Below are positions 63,607 to 64,000 of a stretch of DNA of 64,000 nt, piece by piece. The stretch lies in the NCBI GenBank assembly GCA_937625935.1, contig OW569373.1, positions 62,001 through 126,000 of the forward strand. The letters are read 5' to 3'. This DNA is from Tetramitus jugosus. Taxonomy: Eukaryota; Protista; Heterolobosea. The number at the start of each line of letters is the position of its first letter. Within the stretch, counting starts at the first letter, position 1. A model generated the notes under the pieces. That model was given only the letters and a program-made list of their open reading frames with translations. It did not search any database and had not been told where the DNA came from. A program made the translations under genes and the position numbers.

Positions 63607-63999
63607 TTAGATGAACTCTAGCACCTGAGAGTCCAGCACATGCAAATAATTGCCCACAGAGTCCTGTCTCCACTGAGTTGCGTCATAATCCTGGATGAAT
63701 TGACTCTCTTCTGGCGTTCCCACATATCTCTTCAACCATCCAAAGAAACCATCGCTCAACACGTACAATTTGGCTTGATGAGCCAATCCTTCCTTTTCCA
63801 TGGCCTCTGCAAATGCACTGGCACAGAATGGACCTCTTTGTTCACTGTACATGCACGTAAACACAATAGTCTTCTTTCCCTGTTGTTTAATGAGTTGGTT
63901 GACTAGATTTTGTGCATGTTTTTGCTCAAAATCACCAAAACTGGCATGGATCGCACCCTTGATGTGTCCTCCGACGAAATCATCGTCTCTGACATCAAT
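63607..63999 (-). CDS. Rhodanese-fold Cdc25-like phosphatase / arsenate reductase (ACR2/Ych1 type), 5'-truncated by the window
   Basis: IDVRDDDFVGGHIKGAIH...IVFTCMYSEQRGP (CX5R)...LYVLSDGFFGW. Confidence 0.85.
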   Translation of the reverse strand: MDVRDDDFVGGHIKGAIHASFGDFEQKHAQNLVNQLIKQQGKKTIVFTCMYSEQRGPFCASAFAEAMEKEGLAHQAKLYVLSDGFFGWLKRYVGTPEESQFIQDYDATQWRQDSVGNYLHVLDSQVLEFI

Positions 64000-64000
64000 G

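Noticed and set aside
1-64000. CRISPR arrays, transposases, rRNA, or a non-standard genetic code
   Set aside because: None seen. Repeats are simple trinucleotide tracts, and conserved genes end at TAA, TAG or TGA at the expected positions.

Overview
Gene-dense, intron-poor eukaryotic DNA read with the standard code. It has short GT-AG introns, one tRNA and about 30 protein genes. The gene content (RWP-RK factor, 7TM-RGS receptor, Cache/HAMP cyclase, poly-Asn/Gln tracts, A/C-rich leaders) suggests a heterolobosean (Naegleria-like) protist; this is an inference. Recognisable housekeeping genes are MCM8, BCKDHA, kinesin-5, an ASH2-like SPRY protein, an RSL1D1-like protein, a PARN-like nuclease, LPCAT, mARC/MOSC, a MARCH E3 ligase and a Cdc25/ACR2-type rhodanese. 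The most unusual observations are: (1) a tandem pair of ribosomal eS30-derived proteins with a shared, unassigned ~85-aa extension, next to tRNA-Lys(CTT); (2) a tail-to-tail pair of a T4 Rnl1-type RNA ligase and a divergent AAG/MPG-fold glycosylase; (3) a bacterial-type AlkB alkane monooxygenase; (4) a PARN ending in a CaaX box; (5) an internally deleted SPEF2/CPC1; (6) an ankyrin-Cache-HAMP pseudo-cyclase; (7) a REJ-GAIN-7TM-RGS receptor. All family calls come from motif recognition by eye; no database searches were run.
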